Assembly (NCBI GenBank): GCA_965226795.1
Contig: CBDDDZ010000005.1
Span: 3,040,001 to 3,104,000 of the forward strand
Origin: Candidatus Latescibacterota bacterium
Lineage (GTDB): Bacteria > Latescibacterota > UBA2968 > GCA-2709665
Direction: 5' to 3'
Length of the DNA stretch: 64,000 nucleotides
Shown here: piece after piece, positions 29,401-40,218 of the stretch
How the letters are laid out: each line of letters starts with the position of its first letter
Position numbering within the stretch: position 1 is the stretch's first letter
Made by a program: the position numbers and the translations under genes
Notes under the pieces: model-generated
Database searches by the model: none
What the model was told of the DNA's origin: nothing
The model's input: the letters and a program-made list of their open reading frames with translations, nothing else

Positions 29401-29600
29401 GCTGGAAGAGAGATCTCGGTGTCCAGATCCGTTATGACGCCACTTCCTTTTACACGTTTCCGACCCGCGCCAGCCTCGACGTCGCGTACGGCATGGATAC
29501 GTTACCGCGTGTTGTCCCCGGCGAGGAGTTGGAAAGAAGCGGTTTCAAAATCTACTTCACCCTGCTCTTCGGATACCTCCAGAGCGTGGGAGGAAGGTAG
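26490..29600 (+). CDS. HExxH peptidase-like domain + TolB-like (PD40) propeller + C-terminal Omp85-like barrel
   Basis: WEVLETEHFRIYY, VIAHEFTH, PWFAEG, repeated P.WSPDG, aromatic beta-strand-rich C-terminus. Confidence 0.8.
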   Translation: MDTMDIQYRRQACNNGQTLYSSRVIFRLCLALLLPASLPAAAQFDANHPELRWEVLETEHFRIYYHQGLAGFARRAATAAETVYGPVTEFYGFTPDEKIRLIVKDTDDYANGAAFYYHNTMEIWASNLDFELRGDTDWLRNVIAHEFTHIVALQTARKGPRRLPAIYFHYLGYQNEKRRDDILTGYPDVFTSYAIPLTIVPPWFAEGTAQFMAPGVQFDRWDSHRDMILRMATLNNRLLTYDGMGVFGSKTGLGLEKVYDHGYALTLFIVNTFGEDKLPRIYRNMTKLWRTDFESAVRGAIGISGRELHRRWLAALEERYEVQKAEIEGRVVDGEILHDKGYFNLHPRWSPDGNRLAYLSNQGNDFGRTALVVHTLSDSTSETLAGGADTAPDWSPNGPGLIFARRSPPDRYGSRFRDLYTVDPTAPRGRGLFQKTRATLGLSLALPPNQNRLTRGLRASHPSYSPDGKQIAFVVNGQGSTNLAVMDVDSGKIRRLTSFDDGSQIYTPRWSPDGSQIACSVFGPNDTRNIAVIPANGGPLSTVIGSAGTDRDPAWTPDGTGLVFSSDQDGIFNLYHLNLIDGSVHRVTRVLGGALQPHVNPKDHRIAFAHYGTTGYEIRILSGKGAWEPVISEIFQPRDGPAAVAGDEASPEGRSYGNEFSTCSIYPRIAVDAGKVKLGIFAGSNDILNKQSLLVGAMAARDRDLDLFAVYEYRRWRPTVFMEAYRAVRHEEEDVLNRDENFRIFSQTFTLSGVELGAWRRLGTGSRLDARFIYNLSSTGQDVARFNGMDQVSVGATTLHGFNFAFTYSLRNIRRTRDREINPRAGREMRFRYDRQFNFFISGFKENTSLLIETFDRYFFNRFTLSWNEYLPVGPGRGTLGLRFYGGLIDREVDDYFDYFLGGLPYMKGYTFYSLEGRRVAMFRAAYRFPIRTGMDRQTGPIYSDQLFGSIFAGIGRAWDGNDMDNVLNRGWKRDLGVQIRYDATSFYTFPTRASLDVAYGMDTLPRVVPGEELERSGFKIYFTLLFGYLQSVGGR

Positions 29601-29852
29601 ACCGGTGAGGGTAGACGTAAGAAGTGAGACGTAAGAGGTCCACCCCGGTACAACGGCGAGACGCAAGACGTAAAAGGCAAGAGGTCCACCCAACACCCCG
29701 TCGTTTTTCGCCTTGTCTCACGTCTGACCGCTTGCCTCGTCCGACTTTTAGCGCTATGCTTCTTCTAACGTCTCCCGTCTCACATCTTGCCCTGGCTTGG
29801 GTTGGATGGGCGGTGTGATCGCTGGCAGCTTATTCTCAGACAGGAGTTTGTC

Positions 29853-30584
29853 ATGTGCCGCGTCATCCCGATCCTGATCCTTCTGGCCGCTCTACCGGTC
29901 CATGCCGCGGACCTGTCAGACAACGGCCCCTTGCGTGCCAATCGATGGATGCAGGATGACGAACCCGTGCAGACCGACCGCAAATCGCCCAAACTGGCCT
30001 TCGCGATGTCTCTTATGGTTCCGGGCCTGGGCGAACTCTACGCGGGCGAGGCGAAACGGGCGGCTGTTTTCTTCGGGATCGAAGCGCTCACGTGGTTCAA
30101 CTACCTGCGCTGGCGGAGCAAGGGAAACGACCTCAAAGCCGAATTTCGATCCTTTGCGGACGGAAATTGGGACGAAACCCGATATCGCGCGTGGCAGGAA
30201 TACAACCGGTCCAAGGGCTCGCCCTATATTGAAACCGAGACCCTGCCCTGTAAGCGCGCGCTGGAGGGATGCCACACCGTGGACACTCAGCAATACTACG
30301 AAATGATCGGCAAGTACGACCAGTTTGTATTCGGCTGGAGCGACGTCCACGACGCGGGCTTCGAGACCGGAAACGGGGACGTCCTCTCCAACCAGCGCAT
30401 CGACTACGAGAACCGGCGCAACGATAGCAACAAATTGCTCAAACGCGCCTCGGTCATTGTGGGCCTGACCGTTGTCAACCGCATCGCGAGTTCCATCCAT
30501 GCCGCGTCACGGGCAAGGTCCGTGCGGTTCTCCGTATCGCCCGGACCGGACGGGACTGAAGTGGCACTCCACCTCCCGTTCTGA
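29853..30584 (+). CDS. Exported/membrane protein, DUF5683-like
   Basis: Signal peptide, KSPKLAFAMSLMVPGLGELY, TQQYYEMIGKYDQF..GW. AGGAG RBS. Confidence 0.7.
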   Translation: MCRVIPILILLAALPVHAADLSDNGPLRANRWMQDDEPVQTDRKSPKLAFAMSLMVPGLGELYAGEAKRAAVFFGIEALTWFNYLRWRSKGNDLKAEFRSFADGNWDETRYRAWQEYNRSKGSPYIETETLPCKRALEGCHTVDTQQYYEMIGKYDQFVFGWSDVHDAGFETGNGDVLSNQRIDYENRRNDSNKLLKRASVIVGLTVVNRIASSIHAASRARSVRFSVSPGPDGTEVALHLPF

Positions 30585-30618
30585 TCGCCGGGCGACACGT
30601 CTTACCGAAGCAACCTGC

Positions 30619-31269
30619 ATGGCAAACCCAATGTCAAAAGCCATCGTCTTTCGCGCGGTCCTGACCCTCCTACTGATCGGCGCGCACTCCGCGGGACACG
30701 CGAAGGGCAAGTCCCCTGCTAAAGCCGCTGTCCTATCGCTCGTCCTGCCCGGTCTGGGCGAGTTCTACGCCGGCGGCCGCCGATCCGCACGCTTCTTCGT
30801 GGTCACGGAAGGGATTTTCTGGTCCGGCATGGCCACATTCCGGTTCCTGGAATCCTACCGCATCGATACGTATCGCGCCCACGCTGCCGCGCATGCCGGT
30901 ATTCGCCTGGCGGACCTGCCCGAGTCTTTCGTCAAGGAAGTGGGCAACTTCGACAGCATCTACGAGCGAAACCAGCGCGAACGCTTCCTCGCCGGCGAAC
31001 ATGCGAATCTGCGGGCCGAAACCCCCGACCTGGTCTGGGAGTGGGATGCCCAGGCCTCCCGGGTCAAGTTTCAGGATCTGCGCAGCAAGGCCACTTCCGC
31101 GGAGCAGAAAGCCTTCCTCTTCGTCGGCGGCCTGATATTCAACCGCTTCGCCAGCGCTCTGAACGCAGCCTCTGTTGCTCGCAGGACCCGTACGCGGGGC
31201 ACCACCGACCTCACGCTTCACGTGGATCCTCGAGGCGACCTGTATGCAAGCCTCGGACACGGTTTCTGA
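30619..31269 (+). CDS. Exported/membrane protein, paralogue of the preceding gene
   Basis: KSPAKAAVLSLVLPGLGEFY, WEWD, NRFASALNAA. Confidence 0.7.
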   Translation: MANPMSKAIVFRAVLTLLLIGAHSAGHAKGKSPAKAAVLSLVLPGLGEFYAGGRRSARFFVVTEGIFWSGMATFRFLESYRIDTYRAHAAAHAGIRLADLPESFVKEVGNFDSIYERNQRERFLAGEHANLRAETPDLVWEWDAQASRVKFQDLRSKATSAEQKAFLFVGGLIFNRFASALNAASVARRTRTRGTTDLTLHVDPRGDLYASLGHGF

Positions 31270-31328
31270 ATCCCAACCTATATGAGCGCATGTACAATCC
31301 CCCTCAGCCGTGAAAGGGCCGAATCGGC

Positions 31329-32921
31329 TTGACCTCTACAGTATCGAATCCGTCGGCTGGCGTCTGGCGTTCTGCCTCAGCAGGGATGGTGCTCTGCCTG
31401 CTGCTCAATTCCGCCGCGTTCGCCGACCCGGAAGCCCGCTGCGGTACTCCCTACCTGTCCGTGCGTCCACATCCCGGCGCCGCGGCAAAAAAAACGGCCG
31501 CCGAGACGTTTGACGTCGGCGACCCCCTGACCGTTCGTGCGTTTAATTTCGGCGATGTTGCGGGTTCCGATCCGTACTATCTGACCACAACCACATGCCG
31601 TTTGAAGGGCGAACACTGCTATATCTTCGTGGAGGACGACATCTGGAACGGAACGCGCGTGAACCCCGCCGCTGTCGCAACCCTCGCCCTGGCCTTCGAC
31701 CGATCCACCCCCCGGTATCGCGAACGCGGCATTTTCTCCATCGATACCGAAATCTTCGGCCCCCCGCCCGACGCGGACGGTGATCCGCGGGTCCTGATCG
31801 TTATACTGGATATTTTGGACGGCATCCTGAGCGGCACGTTTGCGGGGTATTACGATACGGCGAACCAGGCGGCTCCGGTCGGCCGGGAAATCCTCTACAT
31901 CGACAGCGATCCCCTGGACCTCGACAGCGACCTGGCGCGCGCCACCCTTGCCCACGAGTTCCAGCACATGCTGCACTGGAACGCCGATCCCGACGAACAC
32001 AGATGGGTGGACGAGGGCTGCTCAGAATACGCCGAAATGGCCTGCGGTTACAAGGACACGACCGGCACGGCTGCACGGAACTTCCTCGCTGTTCCCAACC
32101 TGCTCAAATCGCCGGGCCCAACCGTCCCTGTACCACCCAATACCGGCCTGACGGATGCCGCCAGCTGGTCCAAAGGCGACTACCTGCCTTTCCTCTTCGA
32201 CCAGACCTTTCTGCTGATGACCTACTTCGCCCAGCGCTACGGCAATACGGCCGTCGCCCGCCTGGTCGCCGAACCGGCAAACGGCATTGACGGGTTCAAC
32301 CGTTCACTGAAATCCCTCGACGCGGCCGCACGCTTCGAACATTTCTGGGCCAACTGGGCGGCCGCCGTGTTCGTGAACGACGAGGGCGACCCCGGATACC
32401 GCGGTCTCACCCTCAAACCGGTCAGAAGGGATACCGTGGCGGTTCCGGCCAACGACCTCGGCGGCGCCATCCAGCTCTGGGGAATCGACTATTTCGTGCC
32501 TCGAACGTCGGGTTTCCAGGGCTTCTCGCTGGACATCAGGAGCGACAGCGACCTGCTGGTGACACTGGTTTCCGAACGGGACGACACACACGACGTCGCC
32601 GCCGTCACCGTCCCGCGCGGAGCCCCACGCCGCGTCGGTCTCTACGGCGCCCCGCCAACAGTATTGGCCGTCACACGCACGTTCGCCGGCCCCCAGACCT
32701 ACACCCTCTCCCTCGCCGCGCACGCAGGCCATGCCCCGGAAGCCGCGGACTTCGACGCCAGCGGAACGGTCGATTTTCCCGATTTCATCGCCTTTGCGGC
32801 CGGTTTCGGGAAAACCGTCGACCAGCCCGGCTTCGACCCCTCCTTCGACCTGGATGGCGACCGCACCGTCTCATTTGCGGACTTCATTGTGTTCGCGCGG
32901 AATTTCGCCAAGTCACCGTGA
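31329..32921 (+). CDS. Secreted zinc metallopeptidase (M30-like) with C-terminal EF-hand/dockerin-like pair
   Basis: RCGTP, TLAHEFQHM, WVDEGCSE, C-terminal DFDASGTVDFPDF...DLDGDRTVSFADF. Start may be 31386. Confidence 0.8.
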   Translation: MTSTVSNPSAGVWRSASAGMVLCLLLNSAAFADPEARCGTPYLSVRPHPGAAAKKTAAETFDVGDPLTVRAFNFGDVAGSDPYYLTTTTCRLKGEHCYIFVEDDIWNGTRVNPAAVATLALAFDRSTPRYRERGIFSIDTEIFGPPPDADGDPRVLIVILDILDGILSGTFAGYYDTANQAAPVGREILYIDSDPLDLDSDLARATLAHEFQHMLHWNADPDEHRWVDEGCSEYAEMACGYKDTTGTAARNFLAVPNLLKSPGPTVPVPPNTGLTDAASWSKGDYLPFLFDQTFLLMTYFAQRYGNTAVARLVAEPANGIDGFNRSLKSLDAAARFEHFWANWAAAVFVNDEGDPGYRGLTLKPVRRDTVAVPANDLGGAIQLWGIDYFVPRTSGFQGFSLDIRSDSDLLVTLVSERDDTHDVAAVTVPRGAPRRVGLYGAPPTVLAVTRTFAGPQTYTLSLAAHAGHAPEAADFDASGTVDFPDFIAFAAGFGKTVDQPGFDPSFDLDGDRTVSFADFIVFARNFAKSP

Positions 32922-32979
32922 ATCATCGGGCGGCTTCTTCCCTACACCCACCTCAAGCCGAACCGGGACAATCCCCATT

Positions 32980-33714
32980 CTACTCCACAAGCGCGGACCG
33001 ACGCCAATAGCCGGCGAAGTGACGATTCAGCCACGCCAACGGCGCCCGCAGCATCACGTTGTATCCACCCCACGTCCATCGGGTAACGCGCTTCAGTCCG
33101 GACACGGACGTCAAAACGGCCGTACGCGCCGCGTCCAGCCGCGCCGCCTCACGGCCGAGCGCCAGCAATTCCCTTTCGTAGGTAAATCGAACCATATTCT
33201 GCGCGTGGGCGGCCAGTTTTTCAGGAGCCGGGATTCGGGTATGGGGGCAGACCGTATGTCGCTCCGTAAACAAAAAAGACGAGATCCACTGCGAAGAGAC
33301 CTTTCCGCGGGCTCCGCTTGCCGTCTCTTCCACCGCTTCCCGGCTCAACACCCCGTAGGTACGGCAGACCAACGGACGAACGGGATAGATTGAACATCCC
33401 CCCACGTCGGTGAGAAACGGACATCGCGGCGGCCGCTCTTCCGTCACACCCAGCACACGGTCGCGCGCTTCAGGTTCGAAGTGAGCCTTTACGTAATCCA
33501 CGATGTTGAGATATTCAACCGAATACAGCGGATACATGGTGGCGAAATCCGCTTCCATCTCCTCCTTCGTGAGCTCGCAACACTGTCCCAATCGGTCACA
33601 GTGACACGAAACGGCCGGCACCTGGTCGTAAACCGCCTGGAGGCGACGACGTTCCCGTTCCGAAAGCCATGGCCGCTCCTGCGAAGGCGCGATTTGTAAC
33701 AGCGGTGTCGTCAC
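32980..33714 (-). CDS. YkgJ-family cysteine-cluster protein
   Basis: C.CD..GQCC, CPFL...GCSIYPVRPLVCRTYG. Confidence 0.8.
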   Translation of the reverse strand: MTTPLLQIAPSQERPWLSERERRRLQAVYDQVPAVSCHCDRLGQCCELTKEEMEADFATMYPLYSVEYLNIVDYVKAHFEPEARDRVLGVTEERPPRCPFLTDVGGCSIYPVRPLVCRTYGVLSREAVEETASGARGKVSSQWISSFLFTERHTVCPHTRIPAPEKLAAHAQNMVRFTYERELLALGREAARLDAARTAVLTSVSGLKRVTRWTWGGYNVMLRAPLAWLNRHFAGYWRRSALVE

Positions 33715-33725
33715 AAGGTAGTCGC

Positions 33726-36096
<2,371 letters not shown>

Positions 36097-36268
36097 AATG
36101 TCTCCAAGTGTTCCGTCCGGGAATTATGTCGCCATTCGGCGATCTATTTCCGGGACAGAACAATTAGCAGTGGCTGAATTATAGAAATCCGTTGGCGCCC
36201 TGTCAAGCGCCAATTCAGTGGGAGCCTGCGTTTTTCGCTTGACGGGTTCCCGGCACCTACTTATTTAG

Positions 36269-37573
36269 GTGGCCGCAGTCCAGTGCCGCGTGTTGCGTCC
36301 TCGAACCCCGAACCCTGGATTAATTGTGCGTTTACGACCCGCTCTCTTTCTTCCCGGCATTCTCATGGCCGCCACCGGCGTCGGTGCAGGAGACCTCCTG
36401 ACGGCCAGCCTGGCCGGATCGAAAATCGGCGTTGGCATCGCCTGGGCGGCCGTGGTCGGCGCGCTGCTCAAGTGGACCCTGAACGAAGGCATCGCCCGCT
36501 GGCAGATGGCCACCGGGACCACGATGCTGGAAGGATGGTTCCACCGGCTCGGCGCCTGGGTGCAGTGGGTCTTCATTGTCTACCTTCTCATCTGGAGCTT
36601 CTCCGTGGGCGGCGCGCTGGTAACGGCCTGCGGCGTAGCGGGCACCGGTCTGCTTCCCATTGGCGATCCGGCAACGTCCAAGATCGTGTGGGGCATTATC
36701 CACGCTCTGGTCGGCCTGGCCCTGGTATGGATGGGCGGCTTTCGCTTTTTTGAAGTTCTCATGTCGGCGTGCATCGGGTTGATGTTCGTTACCGTTCTGC
36801 TCACGGCTCTGTTGTTGGGGCCGGATTGGAATGCCCTGGCCAAAGGCCTGTTCTTTCCCTCCATCCCGCCCGGCGGCGTGGGTTGGACCCTCGGCGTCCT
36901 GGGAGGCGTCGGCGGTACGGTCACACTGTTGTCTTACGGTTATTGGATTCGGGAAACCGGCCGGCACGGTCGTAAGGGCGTGCAAGCCTGCCGCATCGAC
37001 CTGGCCGTGGGGTACACCGTCACCGCGCTGTTCGGCGTTGCCATGGTCATCATCGGATCGCGGGTCGCGCTGGACGGGAAGGGGGCGTCGCTGGCGCTCA
37101 TCCTGTCAAGCCAACTCGAACAGGCGCTGGGGGCGCCGGGTAAGTGGGCCTTCCTGCTGGGCTTCTGGGGCGCGGTCTTCTCCAGCCTGCTCGGCGTCTG
37201 GCAGAGCGATCCCTACATGTTCGCCAATTTCCTCGCCCTGCGTAAAGGGGTCTCTCCCGAAGCCTTTCAAAAATCGGACGTAACCCGATCCACGGCCTAC
37301 CGCGCCTACCTGGTTGGTCTGGCCACCGTGCCCCTCGTCCTGCTGTGGGGTTCGGTGGCGGAGGTCCAACTCACCTATGCCGTCCTGGGTTCGCTCTTCC
37401 TGCCCCTGGTCGCGCTCACTCTGCTGATGATGAACAACAGACGGGACTGGGTGGGACCCGGCTTCAAGAGCAGCCCTATCATCAACGCTATCCTCGTCGC
37501 CACCCTCCTTTTCTTCGGATATACCGGCGGGCAGAAAGCAATCGACACGCTCGGGCGACTCCTGGGCGGCTGA
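36269..37573 (+). CDS. Nramp-like divalent metal / APC-fold transporter
   Basis: PGILMAATGVGAGDL, LKW.LNEGIARWQ.ATG, GGVGGT.TLLSYGYW; many TM segments. True start probably near 36326. Confidence 0.82.
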   Translation: MAAVQCRVLRPRTPNPGLIVRLRPALFLPGILMAATGVGAGDLLTASLAGSKIGVGIAWAAVVGALLKWTLNEGIARWQMATGTTMLEGWFHRLGAWVQWVFIVYLLIWSFSVGGALVTACGVAGTGLLPIGDPATSKIVWGIIHALVGLALVWMGGFRFFEVLMSACIGLMFVTVLLTALLLGPDWNALAKGLFFPSIPPGGVGWTLGVLGGVGGTVTLLSYGYWIRETGRHGRKGVQACRIDLAVGYTVTALFGVAMVIIGSRVALDGKGASLALILSSQLEQALGAPGKWAFLLGFWGAVFSSLLGVWQSDPYMFANFLALRKGVSPEAFQKSDVTRSTAYRAYLVGLATVPLVLLWGSVAEVQLTYAVLGSLFLPLVALTLLMMNNRRDWVGPGFKSSPIINAILVATLLFFGYTGGQKAIDTLGRLLGG

Positions 37574-37951
37574 ACGCCCTTTAAAAACAAACCAGGTAAA
37601 ACGTCAGCGTGGGGTGAATGCGAAGGGCCGAGGCGGGAAAGCGGCGCAGACGAAAGTAGGGCGTGAACTTGCGAAGGACATCGTGATTGCGAAAAAAATG
37701 TGCAAAGTCGAAATCCAGCGATGGGCGCACGTACGACTCCTCCCCGTGGCGATGTATGGAGTTCTTCAGAATTGCACCAGGGATCCATCGATTTTATGAC
37801 CACATTGCGTTTTCAGCGAAAAGTTGCGTCTCTGCCAGTCGCACTTACTCACAATTGAAAACCGCAGCCGTTTTATATAGTGTGACAACGGCGCCATTCG
37901 CAATCGAACCCCCCGTGCACAAGACCCCTTTTCAGAAGGCTGCCTCCTACA

Positions 37952-39175
37952 ATGAATCCGATTGATCTGACACCTATCAACCTGCTCTCCATCGGCGTGT
38001 TCTGGTTAATTGTCTGGTATCATTGGTTTAGGCGTCCCCGACTGCCCCTCCCGAGTGCCATCCGGGGAAAACCTAACGAAGCCGATGTACTACCCCTTAT
38101 ATCCGTCATCGTCCCCGCCCGAAACGAAGCCCACAATATCGCGCGTTGCGTTCAGTCACTCCTGGCACAGGATTATCCGCGCTTCGAAGTGATCGTAGTG
38201 GACGACCGATCCGAAGATGGCACCTTGGCTATCGTAGCCCGACTGAAGGAAAAAGACAAGAGACTCAGGCTTATTCGAGGAGTTCCGCTCCCCGAAGGCT
38301 GGATGGGCAAGGCGCACGCCGTCCATCAGGGCTACCGGGTGGCGGCAGGGGAATGGTTGCTGTTCACCGACGCTGACACGGAACACGAGCCGTTTCTTCT
38401 CTCCGGCGTGATGTCACTTGTCCTGGAAAGCCGCTCAGATTTCGCAACGGTGATCTCTAGACAAATGCACCCCACATTCGGGGCGCGCCTCACAAATCTG
38501 GCGGTTTTCACCTACCTCTTCACGATGGTCATCGACGTAAGGCGTTTCTCCAATCCGAGGTCGCGGAACAGCCTCGTGAACGGCCAATACCTTCTCTTCT
38601 CGCGCGAGGCATACGAGTCCATCGGAACTCACGAGTCAGTACGTCATTACTCGAGTACCGACGCGTCGCTCGGTTACCTGGCCAAGTTGGACGGTTGGAA
38701 TCCTATTGCGATCGACGGACGAGAGGGGCTGCGGACAACCATGTACCGGAGTTTTCGAGAAGCCTTTTCGAACTGGTCCCGCAGCCTGGTCAACGGGAAC
38801 TGGACGACGCTAGGGCCTATCCATGGAACTGCGGCCCTGCTTTTGGCGGCCATTGGAATGTGCCTGTTTTGGATCTATCCATGGATCGAACTTGCAAGCA
38901 GTCTACTCGCGCTCGACAGCACAGGGACATTGGTCGGTGGTCTTCAGGTGCTGGCCGGGATCACGTTGTTGAGGTTTTTAGGTGGGCAGTGGCTGTCAGT
39001 GATCAGAAATGGCCTTCTGGCCCCGGTCTCTGTTGCGCTCTTCCTCGCGATGACGGTCAGTGGTCTTGCGCGATCCGGCATCCGCAGGGGCACCGTCTGG
39101 AAAGGAAGAGTCGTACGCACGAGGTGTAAGCTCCCGCCCTGGAAGCCAGGACCCGCCAGAGCCGCCAAGCGTTGA
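37952..39175 (+). CDS. Membrane-anchored GT2 glycosyltransferase (CrtQ/HpnB-like)
   Basis: IVPARNEA.NI..C, VVDDRSEDGT, LPEGWMGKAHA, LLFTDAD, NGQYLL, WKGR. Confidence 0.88.
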   Translation: MNPIDLTPINLLSIGVFWLIVWYHWFRRPRLPLPSAIRGKPNEADVLPLISVIVPARNEAHNIARCVQSLLAQDYPRFEVIVVDDRSEDGTLAIVARLKEKDKRLRLIRGVPLPEGWMGKAHAVHQGYRVAAGEWLLFTDADTEHEPFLLSGVMSLVLESRSDFATVISRQMHPTFGARLTNLAVFTYLFTMVIDVRRFSNPRSRNSLVNGQYLLFSREAYESIGTHESVRHYSSTDASLGYLAKLDGWNPIAIDGREGLRTTMYRSFREAFSNWSRSLVNGNWTTLGPIHGTAALLLAAIGMCLFWIYPWIELASSLLALDSTGTLVGGLQVLAGITLLRFLGGQWLSVIRNGLLAPVSVALFLAMTVSGLARSGIRRGTVWKGRVVRTRCKLPPWKPGPARAAKR

Positions 39176-39326
39176 AATACGCACGACGATTTCCGCGCAT
39201 TGTGTTTACCAGGCGATGGAGCGTCCAGCCGGGGCGGTAACTATTCCTTCCGAAATCACATTCCATCTTCCTCATCTCAAATTTGTCTCCAAGCCAAATC
39301 GGATAACCCCACAGGCGGGACTGGGG

Positions 39327-40133
39327 TCACTGCCGGGCTCTGGTCTGCTCACCGCGATAATTGGCGCCAGAGCGCAGCTTGGCTACGGTGGACTCGATCC
39401 ACTCCGCAGCACGGACGTTGATCTCCGCCGCACTCCGGCCCGCTGTCTCGATCGGCTCTCCGATTACGAGTTGGATCGTGCCGGGACGCTTGAGGAAACT
39501 ACCTCGCGGCCAGTAGTCCCCGGCGTTGTGCGCAACGGGCACTACCGTCCGCCCCGTGGCCTCAGCCAATGCCGCGCCTCCTGGGCGATATCGGCGTCGC
39601 TTTCCGGGAACGACCAGAGCGCCCTCTGGAAACACCACGACCCAGAGGCCCTCTGCCAAGCGCTCTGCGCCTTGCTCCAGCACTTGTTTCAAGGCGCGTT
39701 GTCCGTCGGCGCGGTTGATCGCGATGGGCCGGAGCGTGGCCAGCCCCCATCCGAAGAAGGGAATCCACAACAATTCCCGCTTCAACACCCAGGTCTGGGG
39801 TGAGAAGTAACCGGGAAGAACCAGGACCTCCCAGGCGGACTCATGCTTGCACAGCACGATACCCGCCCGCTCCGTAATGTTCTCAAGTCCCACCACCCGG
39901 TGGCGTAGCCCGCAGGTAACCCCGAGCCACCAACTGTTAAGAAGGGCCCACTGCACTAATACCCGGTAGCGGATAGCGTAGGGAAGGGCGAGGGTGGCCA
40001 AACCAAGGGGTGTGAAGCCCAGCGTGATCAGGATCAGCCCAAGCGTAAAAAGGATCGAGCGCAGCACCATCGTGGCTCGCCCGAAGGCCGGCGACCTACT
40101 TTCGGCATCGATCTTTCCGCTCATGTTCTTCAT
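39327..40133 (-). CDS. PlsC-family lysophospholipid acyltransferase
   Basis: KHESAWE, LKRELLWIPFFGWGL, AINR, VFPEG, PVAHNAG. Confidence 0.9.
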   Translation of the reverse strand: MKNMSGKIDAESRSPAFGRATMVLRSILFTLGLILITLGFTPLGLATLALPYAIRYRVLVQWALLNSWWLGVTCGLRHRVVGLENITERAGIVLCKHESAWEVLVLPGYFSPQTWVLKRELLWIPFFGWGLATLRPIAINRADGQRALKQVLEQGAERLAEGLWVVVFPEGALVVPGKRRRYRPGGAALAEATGRTVVPVAHNAGDYWPRGSFLKRPGTIQLVIGEPIETAGRSAAEINVRAAEWIESTVAKLRSGANYRGEQTRARQ

Positions 40134-40218
40134 CGTTCGGTGGAATCTAAATTGGGGTCAGGGCGCATTATCGTCTCCCGATCTCAGGCAACGGCCAACC
40201 GGATTCTTGAGAGTTTCC

